DNA of 64,000 bases, taken from positions 2,496,001 to 2,560,000 of the forward strand of contig CBDCWG010000012.1 in NCBI GenBank assembly GCA_965223345.1, read 5' to 3'. Within the stretch, counting starts at the first letter, position 1. Each line of letters starts with the position of its first letter. The notes below the pieces were generated by a model that was not told the DNA's origin, did no database searches, and saw only the letters and a program-made list of their open reading frames with translations. The translations under genes were made by a program, and so were the position numbers. The stretch is from Nitrospinales bacterium (GTDB lineage: Bacteria > Nitrospinota > Nitrospinia > Nitrospinales > VA-1). Positions 37,802-47,835 of this stretch are shown piece after piece.

Positions 37802-38185
37802 TTAGTTGTCGATGTGGCCTTCACCGTCTGTGATCTGCGAAGAGACATCGCCATCGTTGTCGGAATCGACTTCGTTGTTGTCGCCTTCGATGTTGATCTG
37901 GTTGCCGATGGCGACGGATTCGCCGTCGTAGTTTTCGCAGGCGCCGGTCACATCGCAGTACTGGGTGTTGTTGTGGGTCCAGAAACTGTTGTTGTTGATG
38001 TTGAAGCCGCCTTCTTCAACGAACTCCATCTCCAGAGCCTGGGCCAGGGCGTTGGCACGCTCCGCTTCGGATTGGAAGCTCCAGCTGTTGTTCCAGTCCG
38101 AGGAGGGGTTGGCGAAAGCCGCACTCGCGTTGAGGAGCAATACGATAACGGCAAGACCCAAAGTTTTTTTCTTGTTGATTTTCAT
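37802..38185 (-). CDS. Small secreted Asn/Asp-rich protein, HfaA-like
   Basis: Signal AFA|NP; C-terminal SVAIGNQINIEGDNNEV...NDGDVSS recalls HfaA STAIGNNL.V..QGNNNTV..NSGNV. Confidence 0.65.
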   Translation of the reverse strand: MKINKKKTLGLAVIVLLLNASAAFANPSSDWNNSWSFQSEAERANALAQALEMEFVEEGGFNINNNSFWTHNNTQYCDVTGACENYDGESVAIGNQINIEGDNNEVDSDNDGDVSSQITDGEGHIDN

Positions 38186-38583
38186 TGTTGGACCTCATCT
38201 TTTGAAGTTGTACTGCACTCCTCTCTGGAGCGCTTTATGTTTAAACCCACCGGTTTTTGAACGTGCGGCTTAACCAGCTTTGAGACAATCATGCTGTATG
38301 GTTGTCGCAAATCGGTTAAGCGAAAGTTACGATCGTTTTACAAATCCGTACCCCGAACAGGGTAGTTCCCCGCAAAGATAAAATGGCTCAAACGGGCATA
38401 AACCATATTTTGCAAAGGATTTGCGGTGTGGATCGGAGGCTGTCGAAGCAACAGAGCGTGGGTGAGGCGCGTGGAAAAAATCGGGAAGGGGAGGGGCTGC
38501 GGTGTTTTATCCGGGAAGAACGGTTGAGAGGGGCGGGGGCCCCTCTCCCGTGTCGTTGCGGGGGGACGTCCGAATGAACCGGA

Positions 38584-39642
38584 TCAGGCCTGCTGGATAT
38601 CGGGAGCGGACAGGCTCTGATAGGATTTCCACTCCTGCCACTGCTGATCCACCAGTTTCTTGGCCTGGGCGAAATCGAGGGAATCGATCTTTTCATCCAG
38701 ATCGTTCAGGTTCAGCACCTGCCCGGCCTGGATGCCGTTCATGTTGCCCTCGACGAACGCGTTCACATTGTTCATCCACAGGGCTGCGGCGAAGCGCACC
38801 GCGTCTTTCTTGTCATAGCCCAACCGTTCCGCCAGGCGGAACAGGGATTCGCCTTTGAGGATCTTCACGGTCTTTTGCGCCTTTGCCTGGGGCGCAGCCG
38901 GAGAAGCGGCGACCGTGGCCGGTGCGGCTTTCGGCGTGCGGCTGGCAAACACGATGCGCGGCTTGGACTGCGGCAGCCGGATTTTCTTGTAGTGGCTGAA
39001 CACCTTGCCGGAATACTTCTCCGGCTGGTAGCCGCGGCGCAGGTAGCGGGCCATGAGAGTGGGGCCATGGTTGTAGGCCTCCAGTGCGATCACGATGTCG
39101 CCGAAGCGTTTGAACAGTTTGTCCAGGTAATGGGTGCCGAGCGCGATGTTGGTCTTCGGCTGGAACAGGGTTTTGTGTCCCTTCCAGGGCGTCTTGGTCT
39201 CGTCCGCCAGCGCCTTGCCGGTGCGGGGGCGGATCTGCATCAGTCCGAACGCATCGCGGTTGGAGCGGGCCCAGTTGTTGAAGGAGCTTTCGGTGATGAT
39301 CACGGCGGTCAGGAACATGGGGTCGTAGCCGTACTTCTCGCCCATCTTGTAGATCGCGCGCGGGATCTGCTTGCGCATGTGCTTTTTCAGGCCGGTGCGG
39401 TAGCGGGAGAGGACGTCGGCGATCCGGGCTTCGACGGTGCGCTGGTGATGGCTGGCGGCGGCATGGGAAACGTCCGCGCTCTGTTTCACCTGAAACGGTT
39501 TCTGCAGCAGAACGGAGACCGGCTTGCCGGACTGCTTGCTCAGACCGGATTCCACCGTGGAGGTGAACGGACCCGCGAATGCGATGACCGCCAACGAGAA
39601 CAGGACGTAAACTCTCACAATGTGTTTATCCGAAAACGCCAT
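38584..39642 (-). CDS. Lytic transglycosylase (SLT) fused to a FimV-like LysM domain
   Basis: TESSFN, GLMQI, AYNHGP; C-terminal GESLFRLA...N.NAFVEGNMNGIQAGQVL...QWQEW. Confidence 0.8.
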   Translation of the reverse strand: MAFSDKHIVRVYVLFSLAVIAFAGPFTSTVESGLSKQSGKPVSVLLQKPFQVKQSADVSHAAASHHQRTVEARIADVLSRYRTGLKKHMRKQIPRAIYKMGEKYGYDPMFLTAVIITESSFNNWARSNRDAFGLMQIRPRTGKALADETKTPWKGHKTLFQPKTNIALGTHYLDKLFKRFGDIVIALEAYNHGPTLMARYLRRGYQPEKYSGKVFSHYKKIRLPQSKPRIVFASRTPKAAPATVAASPAAPQAKAQKTVKILKGESLFRLAERLGYDKKDAVRFAAALWMNNVNAFVEGNMNGIQAGQVLNLNDLDEKIDSLDFAQAKKLVDQQWQEWKSYQSLSAPDIQQA

Positions 39643-39863
39643 CGAACTTTCTCCCTCATGCGTGATTGCGTTGTGTTGGTGAACTGAATATGGGATCAGA
39701 ATATGAAATCAGTCTTACGGGAGGATCGAGGGCAAGTCACAAATTGGAAACAAATCCGGGGAACGGATAACGGCAGGTAACCGGCGGAAAATCAAGGGTT
39801 TTGCGGGCAGGCGGGCGACTCGCCGCCCTGCAGGAAAAGCGTTGAAAAAGCGGCGGTTGCGGG

Positions 39864-40550
39864 TCAGGCGTAGCGGTCGTTCAGCCAGGGCTCGGCGGTG
39901 TTGGAATAGCCTCTCTTCTCCCAGAAGCCGAGCTCGTCCTTGTCACGGAACGAAATCTCACCGATCCATTTCGCCCCTTTCCAGGCGTACAGCTGCGGGG
40001 TGATCATGCGCACCGGGCCGCCGTGGTCGCGGGTGAGAGGATGGCCCTCCCACTGGTGTACCAGCAGCACGTCCTTCTTCATGGCCTGCTCCAGCGGCAG
40101 GTTGGTGGAGTAGCCGTCGAAGGCCTTGATGTAGACGAAGCGGGCGCCGTCCATCAGCTCGCAATGCTCGGCGATGTCGCGGAAGCGCACGCCCACCCAG
40201 CGGTTGTCCAGGCGGCTCCAGGAGGTCACGCAGTGAAAATCGGAAACGTCCTCCACCTGCGGGAACGCCATGAACGCGTCCCAGGTGAAGGTCTCGGGAT
40301 TTTTAACGAACCCCGACACGGTGAGGTTCCAGGTCGTCTCGTCCAGTTCCGGCTGCACCCCCAGGTCCAGCACCGGCCAGTTGGTGGTCACCCGTTGCCC
40401 GGGGGGGATCTTGGGATTGCCGTCGCGGTTCAATTCGCCTTCGCCCATCGGGATTTCTCCCTCCCATTTCTGTTTTTCCTGCAGGGCCTTGCGGTAGGCG
40501 ATGAGTTTTTCCCGGACCTGGATGCGTTTGGAATTGGGGTCGTATTGCAT
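39864..40550 (-). CDS. Sulfite oxidase-family molybdopterin-binding oxidoreductase
   Basis: PPGQ..T..WPVL, DFHCVTSWS, HGGPVR, YAWKGAKW, GFWE.RGY. Confidence 0.88.
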   Translation of the reverse strand: MQYDPNSKRIQVREKLIAYRKALQEKQKWEGEIPMGEGELNRDGNPKIPPGQRVTTNWPVLDLGVQPELDETTWNLTVSGFVKNPETFTWDAFMAFPQVEDVSDFHCVTSWSRLDNRWVGVRFRDIAEHCELMDGARFVYIKAFDGYSTNLPLEQAMKKDVLLVHQWEGHPLTRDHGGPVRMITPQLYAWKGAKWIGEISFRDKDELGFWEKRGYSNTAEPWLNDRYA

Positions 40551-40873
40551 GGTTTTTCAGGTATTTGGTGAATGGTTGTGTGGATTGGCGGTAAAGGGTG
40601 CGGTGAAATGATATTTATATAAATTATTGATAAATATAATGATATCTCTGTTCCGGGGAGGATCCGCCTTCGCCTCGCCGCAAAACGCGGTTTTTCAGAG
40701 ACGCCATCCCCTTCCTACATTGGATGGCAAAACCCGCCTGAGGTTACAACAAACCTGCTCTCTGCGGGTGAAAATCTGCCGGACCCGCCTTTGCGCCCGA
40801 AGACCATCAAAAAAAAGGCGGTAAAGTGATTTTTAGCAAAATCCGACAAGATAAGGAAACAAACGGAGACCCC

Positions 40874-43800
40874 ATGAACCTCAAAATCCTATCCTTCAAT
40901 TGGCACGAACCCTACCTGTGTCTGCTGTCCCGCATCGGGCACGAATTTCTGGTGGTCGAACCGGAAATCGCCCCGGGCGGCAAGATCCGCCGCTGGGACG
41001 ACAACATGCGGCCCTTGCCGAAAAACATGCGCTGCATCTCCACCGGCCAGGCGCTGGAAGAGCTGGAGCAAAACAACATCGATCTGGTGATCGCCCACAA
41101 TGTCAAGGACCTGGTTTTCGTGCGCGAGTACGAGCTGCCCAAGATCCTGGTCTTTCACAACCGGCTGACCACCGAGATCGAATTGAGCACGGTTCCCATC
41201 GACCGCGGCGAGTACCTGGAAAAAGTGCGCACGCTGCTCACCGACGTGAGCCGGGTGTTCATCTCCGAGAGCAAGAAAAACGACTGGGGGCTGGACGGCA
41301 AGGTGATTCTGCCGGGGCTGGACGTGTCGGAATACGGCGGGTACACCGGGGCGAACGCCTGTGCGCTGCGCGTGGGCAATCTGCTGAAGGAGCGGGACCT
41401 GATGATGGGCTTTACCACCGGCGAAAGGGTGCTGGAAGGGTTCGATTCCGTGACGCTGGGCCTGAACCCGTCGCTGCCCGGCTCGCGCCTGTCGCGCGGG
41501 TTCGAGGATCTGAAAACCTTCTACCGCAACTGCCGCGTGTACCTCAACTGTACGGTGGAGGGCTACGAGGACGGCTACAACCTTTCCATGCTGGAGGCGA
41601 TGGCCACCGGCATGCCGGTGGTGGCGGCGTTCAACAGCACCTCCCCGATCGAGGACGGCGTCAACGGCTTCATCTCCAACGACGTGGACAGCCTGCGCAA
41701 TGGGCTTAAAGAGCTGCTGGACAACCCGGAGCTCGCCGCGCAGATGGGCGGGCGGGCGCGCGAAACGGTGCGCCAGCAGTTCGGCATCGAGGCGTTTCTG
41801 GCTTCCTGGCAGGAGGTGGTGAAGGACGCCATCGTCGAGTTTCTGGAACGGTCGGGAATCTCTCTCAGCGCCACGCCGCGGCCGTTTCATGAGAAGACGC
41901 GCAAGAACATCCTGTTCAATTACGTTTCCTACCCGGCCACCACGGCTTTCTACCTGGAGCGCGCGCTGCGCAAGCAGCACAACGTGGTCACCTGCGGGCC
42001 GATGATTTCCAAGGAGGTCATCGAGTTGTGGAACCTGGAGGCCATGCGGTGGGAAGTGACGCCGCAGGATCTGCCCTGCAACGACGGCACGACCCTGGCC
42101 GCCATGCGGGAAAAACTGCCGCAGGGCTGGGAGCCGGACCTGTTTTTGTGGGTGGAAACCGGGCTCGGGGGGCTGCCTCCCGATCTGCACGAGCACACGA
42201 TTCCCAAGGCCTGCTACCTGATCGACACGCACATCCATCTGGAAAAGCACACCGAAATCGCACGCAAGTTCGATTTTGTGTTCCTCGCCCAAAAGGGCTA
42301 TGTGGACGCGCTGAAGCGGGCCGGCATCGAGCGGGTGACCTGGCTGCCGCTCGCCTGCGACCCGGAAATCCACGGCCCCAAAGAGGGCGGTAAATCGCAC
42401 GACGTGGGCTTCGTCGGCTCGGTGACGGCGGTGCACAAGCGGCGCAAGGCGCTGCTGGACAGCATCGGCGAGCATTTCGATCTTTGCGTGGAACGCAAAT
42501 TCATGGACGAGATGGCCGAGGTGTACGCGCGTTCGCGCATGGTGTTCAACAACGCCCTGAACGAAGACCTGAACATGCGGGTGTTCGAAGCGCTGTGCAG
42601 CGGCAGCCTGCTGCTCACCGATGCGGCGTGCGGGCTGAAGGACCTCTTCGAGGAAGGCAAGCATTACGCTGAGTACATCGACGACACGCTCATCGAAACC
42701 ATCCAGTATTACCTCGACCGCCCCAACGAGCGGGAGAGGATCGCCACCGAAGGCCGCAAGGAGGTGCTCACCCGTCACACCTACGCGCACCGCGCGCGGC
42801 AGATGCTGGAAACGCTGGACGCGCATTTCCGCAGCCACCCGCAGGCCGTGCCCATAGAGGAAGAAAAACCGGATTCGTATTACCGGCACGTGCGCGAAGA
42901 CGTGCTGGCGCTGGTTCCCGAGGATGCGGCCTGCATTCTGGAGGTCGGCTGTGCGGCGGGCGAAACCGGCCGGGCGCTGAAGAGCCGCAGGGACGCGTTC
43001 GTGGCGGGCGTGGAAACGGTGCCCGCGGCGGCGGCAAAGGCGCGCGCCGTGCTGGACGATGTGGTGGAAGGCGACATCGAAACCCTTGCCTTGCCGTATG
43101 AAGCCGAAAGTTTCGACTGCGTGCTGTTCGCGGACGTGCTCGAGCACCTCGTCGATCCGCTCGCGGTTCTGATGAAAGTGAAAAAGCTGCTCAAGCCCGG
43201 CGGCACGGTGGTCGCCAGCCTGCCGAACGTGCAGTACTACGGCCTGATCCATCACCTGGTGGAAGGCAACTGGACCTATCAGAAGGAAGGCATCCTCGAT
43301 GAAACGCACCTGCGTTTTTTCACCTTCAAGGAAATGCAGGCGCTGTTCACGAAAGCCGGGTTCAGCATCGAGGCGGTGGACGAGACGCTGGACCCGAAAT
43401 ATGAAGAACTTTCCAAAACCACGCCCAACAGTCTCAACATCGGGCGCATGACGATCCGCGATCTCAGCGAAGAGGAGTTCAAGCGGTTTTTCGTCTTCCA
43501 GTACAAGATCCGCGCGGCGCTCAAAACCGCTGTGCAAAGCCAAACCGAGGAGCCGGAGGCGCCGGCCGCAAGCACGAAAGAGCAGGCGCTGGCGGAAGCG
43601 CAGGCGTTGTTCGAAAAGCAGGATTTTTCCGGCGCGGCGGCGCTGTATCAGGAAACCCAGCGGTCGCATCCCGACTGCGCCGAAGCCCTGGCGCAGGAGG
43701 GCAACTGCCACATGCACCTGAACGACGCCGACACCGCGCGCCGCTGCTACGAACAGGCCCTGGAGCACGATCCAAAGCATTTCGCGGCCTGGATGGGGCG

Positions 43801-44257
43801 GGGGCTTCTGGATCTGCAGAGCGGAAATCTCGATGCCGCCGCCTCGGCGTTGAACGAAGCGCTGGAGATCAAGCCGGACAACGACAAGGCGCTCTCCGCG
43901 CTGGGGCTGGTGCACCGGCAGAACGGCCAGGCGCAGGCAAGTTTCGACTGCTTCGAGCGCGCGCTGGACCTCAACATCGAAAACCAGACGGCGTTGACAC
44001 ACCTTCTCGATCTTTCCTACGAGATGAACGCATTCACGGCGGTCGAGAAAGCGTTGAAGCAATACCTCAAACTGCATCCGGCCAATCTGAACATGCTGTT
44101 CGGGCTTGCGGGCATCCAGTACAAGATGGGCAGGCGCAGCGAGTGCCGCGCCACGCTGGATCTGATCCTGGTGTTCGACGCCCAGCATCAGGACGCATTG
44201 AGTTTTCTCAAACGGCTCGAAACCGAACCCGCCGATACCAGACTGACAGCGAGATAA
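40874..44257 (+). CDS. Multidomain glycosyltransferase: GT4-like + CgeB-like GT + SAM methyltransferase + TPR
   Basis: MLEAMATGMPVV; NMRVFEAL...HTYAHR; LEVGCAAG, DVLEHL, GILDETHLRFF; TPRs. Confidence 0.88.
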   Translation: MNLKILSFNWHEPYLCLLSRIGHEFLVVEPEIAPGGKIRRWDDNMRPLPKNMRCISTGQALEELEQNNIDLVIAHNVKDLVFVREYELPKILVFHNRLTTEIELSTVPIDRGEYLEKVRTLLTDVSRVFISESKKNDWGLDGKVILPGLDVSEYGGYTGANACALRVGNLLKERDLMMGFTTGERVLEGFDSVTLGLNPSLPGSRLSRGFEDLKTFYRNCRVYLNCTVEGYEDGYNLSMLEAMATGMPVVAAFNSTSPIEDGVNGFISNDVDSLRNGLKELLDNPELAAQMGGRARETVRQQFGIEAFLASWQEVVKDAIVEFLERSGISLSATPRPFHEKTRKNILFNYVSYPATTAFYLERALRKQHNVVTCGPMISKEVIELWNLEAMRWEVTPQDLPCNDGTTLAAMREKLPQGWEPDLFLWVETGLGGLPPDLHEHTIPKACYLIDTHIHLEKHTEIARKFDFVFLAQKGYVDALKRAGIERVTWLPLACDPEIHGPKEGGKSHDVGFVGSVTAVHKRRKALLDSIGEHFDLCVERKFMDEMAEVYARSRMVFNNALNEDLNMRVFEALCSGSLLLTDAACGLKDLFEEGKHYAEYIDDTLIETIQYYLDRPNERERIATEGRKEVLTRHTYAHRARQMLETLDAHFRSHPQAVPIEEEKPDSYYRHVREDVLALVPEDAACILEVGCAAGETGRALKSRRDAFVAGVETVPAAAAKARAVLDDVVEGDIETLALPYEAESFDCVLFADVLEHLVDPLAVLMKVKKLLKPGGTVVASLPNVQYYGLIHHLVEGNWTYQKEGILDETHLRFFTFKEMQALFTKAGFSIEAVDETLDPKYEELSKTTPNSLNIGRMTIRDLSEEEFKRFFVFQYKIRAALKTAVQSQTEEPEAPAASTKEQALAEAQALFEKQDFSGAAALYQETQRSHPDCAEALAQEGNCHMHLNDADTARRCYEQALEHDPKHFAAWMGRGLLDLQSGNLDAAASALNEALEIKPDNDKALSALGLVHRQNGQAQASFDCFERALDLNIENQTALTHLLDLSYEMNAFTAVEKALKQYLKLHPANLNMLFGLAGIQYKMGRRSECRATLDLILVFDAQHQDALSFLKRLETEPADTRLTAR

Positions 44258-44264
44258 TTTTTAT

Positions 44265-46058
44265 ATGAATCGGCTGCAGCGCAATCTGAAACGGCTCGCA
44301 GAGCACGATCCGGCTCTGGCCGGGCGGGTCGAACGTGAGAAAAATCCTGAGGAGATCCAAGTGGTGGAGGCCAGGGACGGCCTCCCCATTCCTCAGGTGG
44401 GATCGGTTTCCCTGCACAGCACCTACCGCCCCGGTGAGGAAGCGCAGAAAGCTGCGGCGCAGTTTGCGGCAAAGCCGGGGCTTGGCAACGTGGTGTACGG
44501 CCTGGGTTTCGGCCACCATATCGCCGCGCTGCTGGAGCGGGTCGAGGGAAACTGCACCGTGATCGAACCCTCGCTGCCGCTGTTCCGCGCGTTTTTGCAG
44601 TCGGTGGACATCGAGCCCTTTCTGCCGCGCACCCGTTTCGTGGTGGGCGAGCCGCAGGCGAAGATCCTGGCGCGGCTGCATCCGGAAAAGTGGAACGTGT
44701 TTGTGCACCGCGCTTCGCTCAGGATGTCCGACTCTTATTTCGCGCGGCTGGAAGCGGGCCGGGAACGGGCCGCCTATCTCGACGCGCATTCCCTCAAGGT
44801 GCTGGTGGTCAACCCGATGTACGGCGGGTCGCTGCCGACCGCGCGCTATTGTGCCGGTGTGCTGGAAAACCTCGGCCACAAGGCGGTGGCGGTGGAGTGC
44901 GAACGGTTCGCGGAAGGGTATTTTTCGCTCAAGGAGGTCACGCGCAACAAGGAGAACGCGCGCATCCTCACCGAGCAGTTCATGAACTTCATGGGCGAGG
45001 TGGTGGCCGCCAAAGCGGCGGATTTCCGGCCGGATCTGATTCTCGCCCTCGCGCAGGCGCCGCTGACGCCGCAGGCGCTGGCGCGGCTCAAGGCTCTCAA
45101 GATCCCCATCGCTTTCTGGTTCGTGGAGGATTTCCGCACGCTGACCTACTGGAAAGACGTGGCGGCCTCTTACGATCATTTTTTCTGCATTCAAAAGGGC
45201 GAATTCCCGCAAGCGCTGCACTCGAAGGGGGCAAAGCACGCCTACTACCTGCCGCAGGCCTGTTTCCCGGACGTGCACCGGCCGGTGGAGCTCACCGAAC
45301 AGGAACAGGAGAGCTACGCCGCCGACCTGTCCTTCATGGGGGCGGCGTACTACAACCGGGTGAAAACCTTTCCGCGCCTGCTCGATTTCGATTTCAAGAT
45401 CTGGGGCACCGAATGGAACCTCGACTCCGCCGTGGGCGAGCGGGTGCAGAACGCCAACTGGCGCATCGATCCGGAAGAGGCGGTGAAGATCTACAACGCC
45501 GGCAAGGTGAATCTGAACCTGCATTCTTCCACCTTTCACGAAGACATCAACCCGGAAGGGGATTTCGTCAATCCGCGCACGTTCGAAATCGCCGCCTGCG
45601 GCGGTTTTCAACTGGTGGATGCACGTTCCCTGCTGAGCGAACTGCTGGCGCCGGGGGAAGAGGTGGTCACTTTCGACAACGTTCCCGACCTGAAGGAAAA
45701 GATCGCGTACTACCTCGAACACGACGAGGAACGCCGGCGCATCGCTGGCCGGGCGCGGGCGCGGGTGCTGGCCGAGCACACGATGGAGCACCGCATGCGC
45801 GAGATGCTGATCGAGATCTACATCGACCGCTCCGAGGAGTTGCGGCAGCGCATCGACGGGCGCAAGGAAGCCATCGATTATTTCATCGAAGAAGCCGGGG
45901 CGGAAACCGAGCTGGGGCGCTATCTGGAACGGTTCCGCGGCCAGCCGGATTTCACGATCAAGACCGCGGTTGAGGCGATCCAGAACGGCGAAGGCGCGCT
46001 CGACGACAACGAGACGCTGCTGCTCATGGTGAATCAGTTGATCAAACAGGAGGATTGA
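44265..46058 (+). CDS. CgeB/DUF3880-family glycosyltransferase with Maf-like N-terminus
   Basis: LHS.YRP..EA, YGLGFGHH; VNPRTFEIAACG; HTMEHR. Confidence 0.82.
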   Translation: MNRLQRNLKRLAEHDPALAGRVEREKNPEEIQVVEARDGLPIPQVGSVSLHSTYRPGEEAQKAAAQFAAKPGLGNVVYGLGFGHHIAALLERVEGNCTVIEPSLPLFRAFLQSVDIEPFLPRTRFVVGEPQAKILARLHPEKWNVFVHRASLRMSDSYFARLEAGRERAAYLDAHSLKVLVVNPMYGGSLPTARYCAGVLENLGHKAVAVECERFAEGYFSLKEVTRNKENARILTEQFMNFMGEVVAAKAADFRPDLILALAQAPLTPQALARLKALKIPIAFWFVEDFRTLTYWKDVAASYDHFFCIQKGEFPQALHSKGAKHAYYLPQACFPDVHRPVELTEQEQESYAADLSFMGAAYYNRVKTFPRLLDFDFKIWGTEWNLDSAVGERVQNANWRIDPEEAVKIYNAGKVNLNLHSSTFHEDINPEGDFVNPRTFEIAACGGFQLVDARSLLSELLAPGEEVVTFDNVPDLKEKIAYYLEHDEERRRIAGRARARVLAEHTMEHRMREMLIEIYIDRSEELRQRIDGRKEAIDYFIEEAGAETELGRYLERFRGQPDFTIKTAVEAIQNGEGALDDNETLLLMVNQLIKQED

Positions 46059-46104
46059 ACGCGATGCGGTTCTCTTTTCGCAATGACTTTCCAGGTGGGG
46101 GCGC

Positions 46105-47835
46105 ATGAAAATTCTCGTGATGAGCCTCACGCGCATGGGCGATCTGGTGCAGGCGACGCCGGTGATTTCCGGGTTGCGGCAGAAGCATCCCGAAGCCGCC
46201 ATCACTTTGATGGTCACTAGCGATTTCGCCGGTTTCGTGCCGCGCATTCCGGACATCGATGATTCGGTGGTGCTCGACATCCGCCAGTTCACCGGCGACG
46301 GCGAGGTTGCGGACTGCTCCTGGGTGACGATTTACCGCTACATCGAGGGTTTTCTCGATTCGGTGAGAGAGCAGTCGTTCGACCTGGTGGTGAATCTGAG
46401 TCATTCGCGGCTGAGCGCGCTGATGATCCATTACCTGGGCATCCCCAGGGTGTGCGGCTTCGCCTGCAACGACACCGGAGATCGCATGACCCTGCATCCC
46501 TGGATGCAGTATTTCGGCACCGAGCCCTTCAACCGCATCTACAACCCGTTCAACCTGGTGGAGATTTTCACGCGCGCGGTGGACGTGGCCGTTGAGGATC
46601 AGCGCATTCGCATGAACCCTCCCGAAAGTGGCGAAACCGCTCTGCCCGAAGAGTTCGAGGGGGTGCTGCAGGAGGGGACGCGCTGGATCGGCATTCAGGC
46701 GGGTTCCAGCCTGGAAGGGCGGCGCTGGCCGGCGCAGTCGTTCGCCGAGCTTGCGGACCTGCTGGCGGAGCAGCTCGACGCCAACATCCTGCTGTTCGGC
46801 GTGGCGTCCGAATCGCTGATCGCCAAAGCGATCACCGAACACATGCGGCATGCGGAACGGGTGGTCGATTGCACCGGCAGGACCAGCATCCCGCAGCTCA
46901 TGGTGCTGCTCAAGCGCTGCTCCTACCTCGTCACCAACGACACGGGCACCATGCACATCGCCGCCGCATTGGGAACGCCCATCGTCGGGCTGTTCTTCGC
47001 GCACGCGCACCCCTACGAGACCGGCCCGTACTCTCCGGGACACCTCATCTTTCAGTCGCGGATTTCCTGCGCTCCCTGCAGTTACGGCGCAAAATGTAAC
47101 AACGTCGTCTGCATCGACAAGGTGCGGCCGCAGCATCTTTTGGCGATGATCGAGGAACACCATCGCAACGGTCACTGGAAACTGCCGCCGGACATGGGGC
47201 CGCTGGACGAGGTGCATATTTTCGAGACGCGTTTCGGCGCGGACAACCGGTTGGGCCTCCGGTCGCTGGTGCGGCATCCGGTCGGTTTGCAGGATGTGTT
47301 CCGCTTGGCTTACGAGCGGTTGTGGCTTTCGGTGCTTCAGCCTGGAAATGAGTCTGCGGGCACGCCGGTCGCGGAGACGCTGCGGGCCGATCACGATTGC
47401 GCAGACATCGGCCAGCTGCTGCCGGTGGTGGATGAAAAACGCAGCGTGCTGCGGTCGATCGGGCGGCGGGCCGGCAAAGGCGTGCAGGCCGCCGGGAAGA
47501 TCCTCCGGTTTTGCGGCAAGAAAGGGGCGGAGGCGAAAATCCAGGCGCTCGGCGAGGAAATCAGCTGCGTCGATGCGGCGCTCGATCTTTCCGGCTGCAC
47601 CCATCCGGAGGTCAAGCCACTGGTGGACCTGTTTCTCAAGCGCAAGGAGAACTTTCAGGGGGAGGATCTGGCCTGGCTGGCGGCGGAGACGCTGCGCTGT
47701 TACCAGACGCTGATCGCGGAAACGGCGAAAATGGAGGAAATTTTAGCGAAAACGGTGGCGGATTTCCGGAATGCGGATCATTCGGAAGCGGTTTCGGTCT
47801 CCAGATCCATGAGCGCGCTGGTTCCCGGCAGGTAG
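46105..47835 (+). CDS. GT9 (heptosyltransferase-like) glycosyltransferase with C-terminal extension
   Basis: RMGDLVQ, RRWP, TNDTGTMHIAAALGTP, C..C. Confidence 0.88.
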   Translation: MKILVMSLTRMGDLVQATPVISGLRQKHPEAAITLMVTSDFAGFVPRIPDIDDSVVLDIRQFTGDGEVADCSWVTIYRYIEGFLDSVREQSFDLVVNLSHSRLSALMIHYLGIPRVCGFACNDTGDRMTLHPWMQYFGTEPFNRIYNPFNLVEIFTRAVDVAVEDQRIRMNPPESGETALPEEFEGVLQEGTRWIGIQAGSSLEGRRWPAQSFAELADLLAEQLDANILLFGVASESLIAKAITEHMRHAERVVDCTGRTSIPQLMVLLKRCSYLVTNDTGTMHIAAALGTPIVGLFFAHAHPYETGPYSPGHLIFQSRISCAPCSYGAKCNNVVCIDKVRPQHLLAMIEEHHRNGHWKLPPDMGPLDEVHIFETRFGADNRLGLRSLVRHPVGLQDVFRLAYERLWLSVLQPGNESAGTPVAETLRADHDCADIGQLLPVVDEKRSVLRSIGRRAGKGVQAAGKILRFCGKKGAEAKIQALGEEISCVDAALDLSGCTHPEVKPLVDLFLKRKENFQGEDLAWLAAETLRCYQTLIAETAKMEEILAKTVADFRNADHSEAVSVSRSMSALVPGR

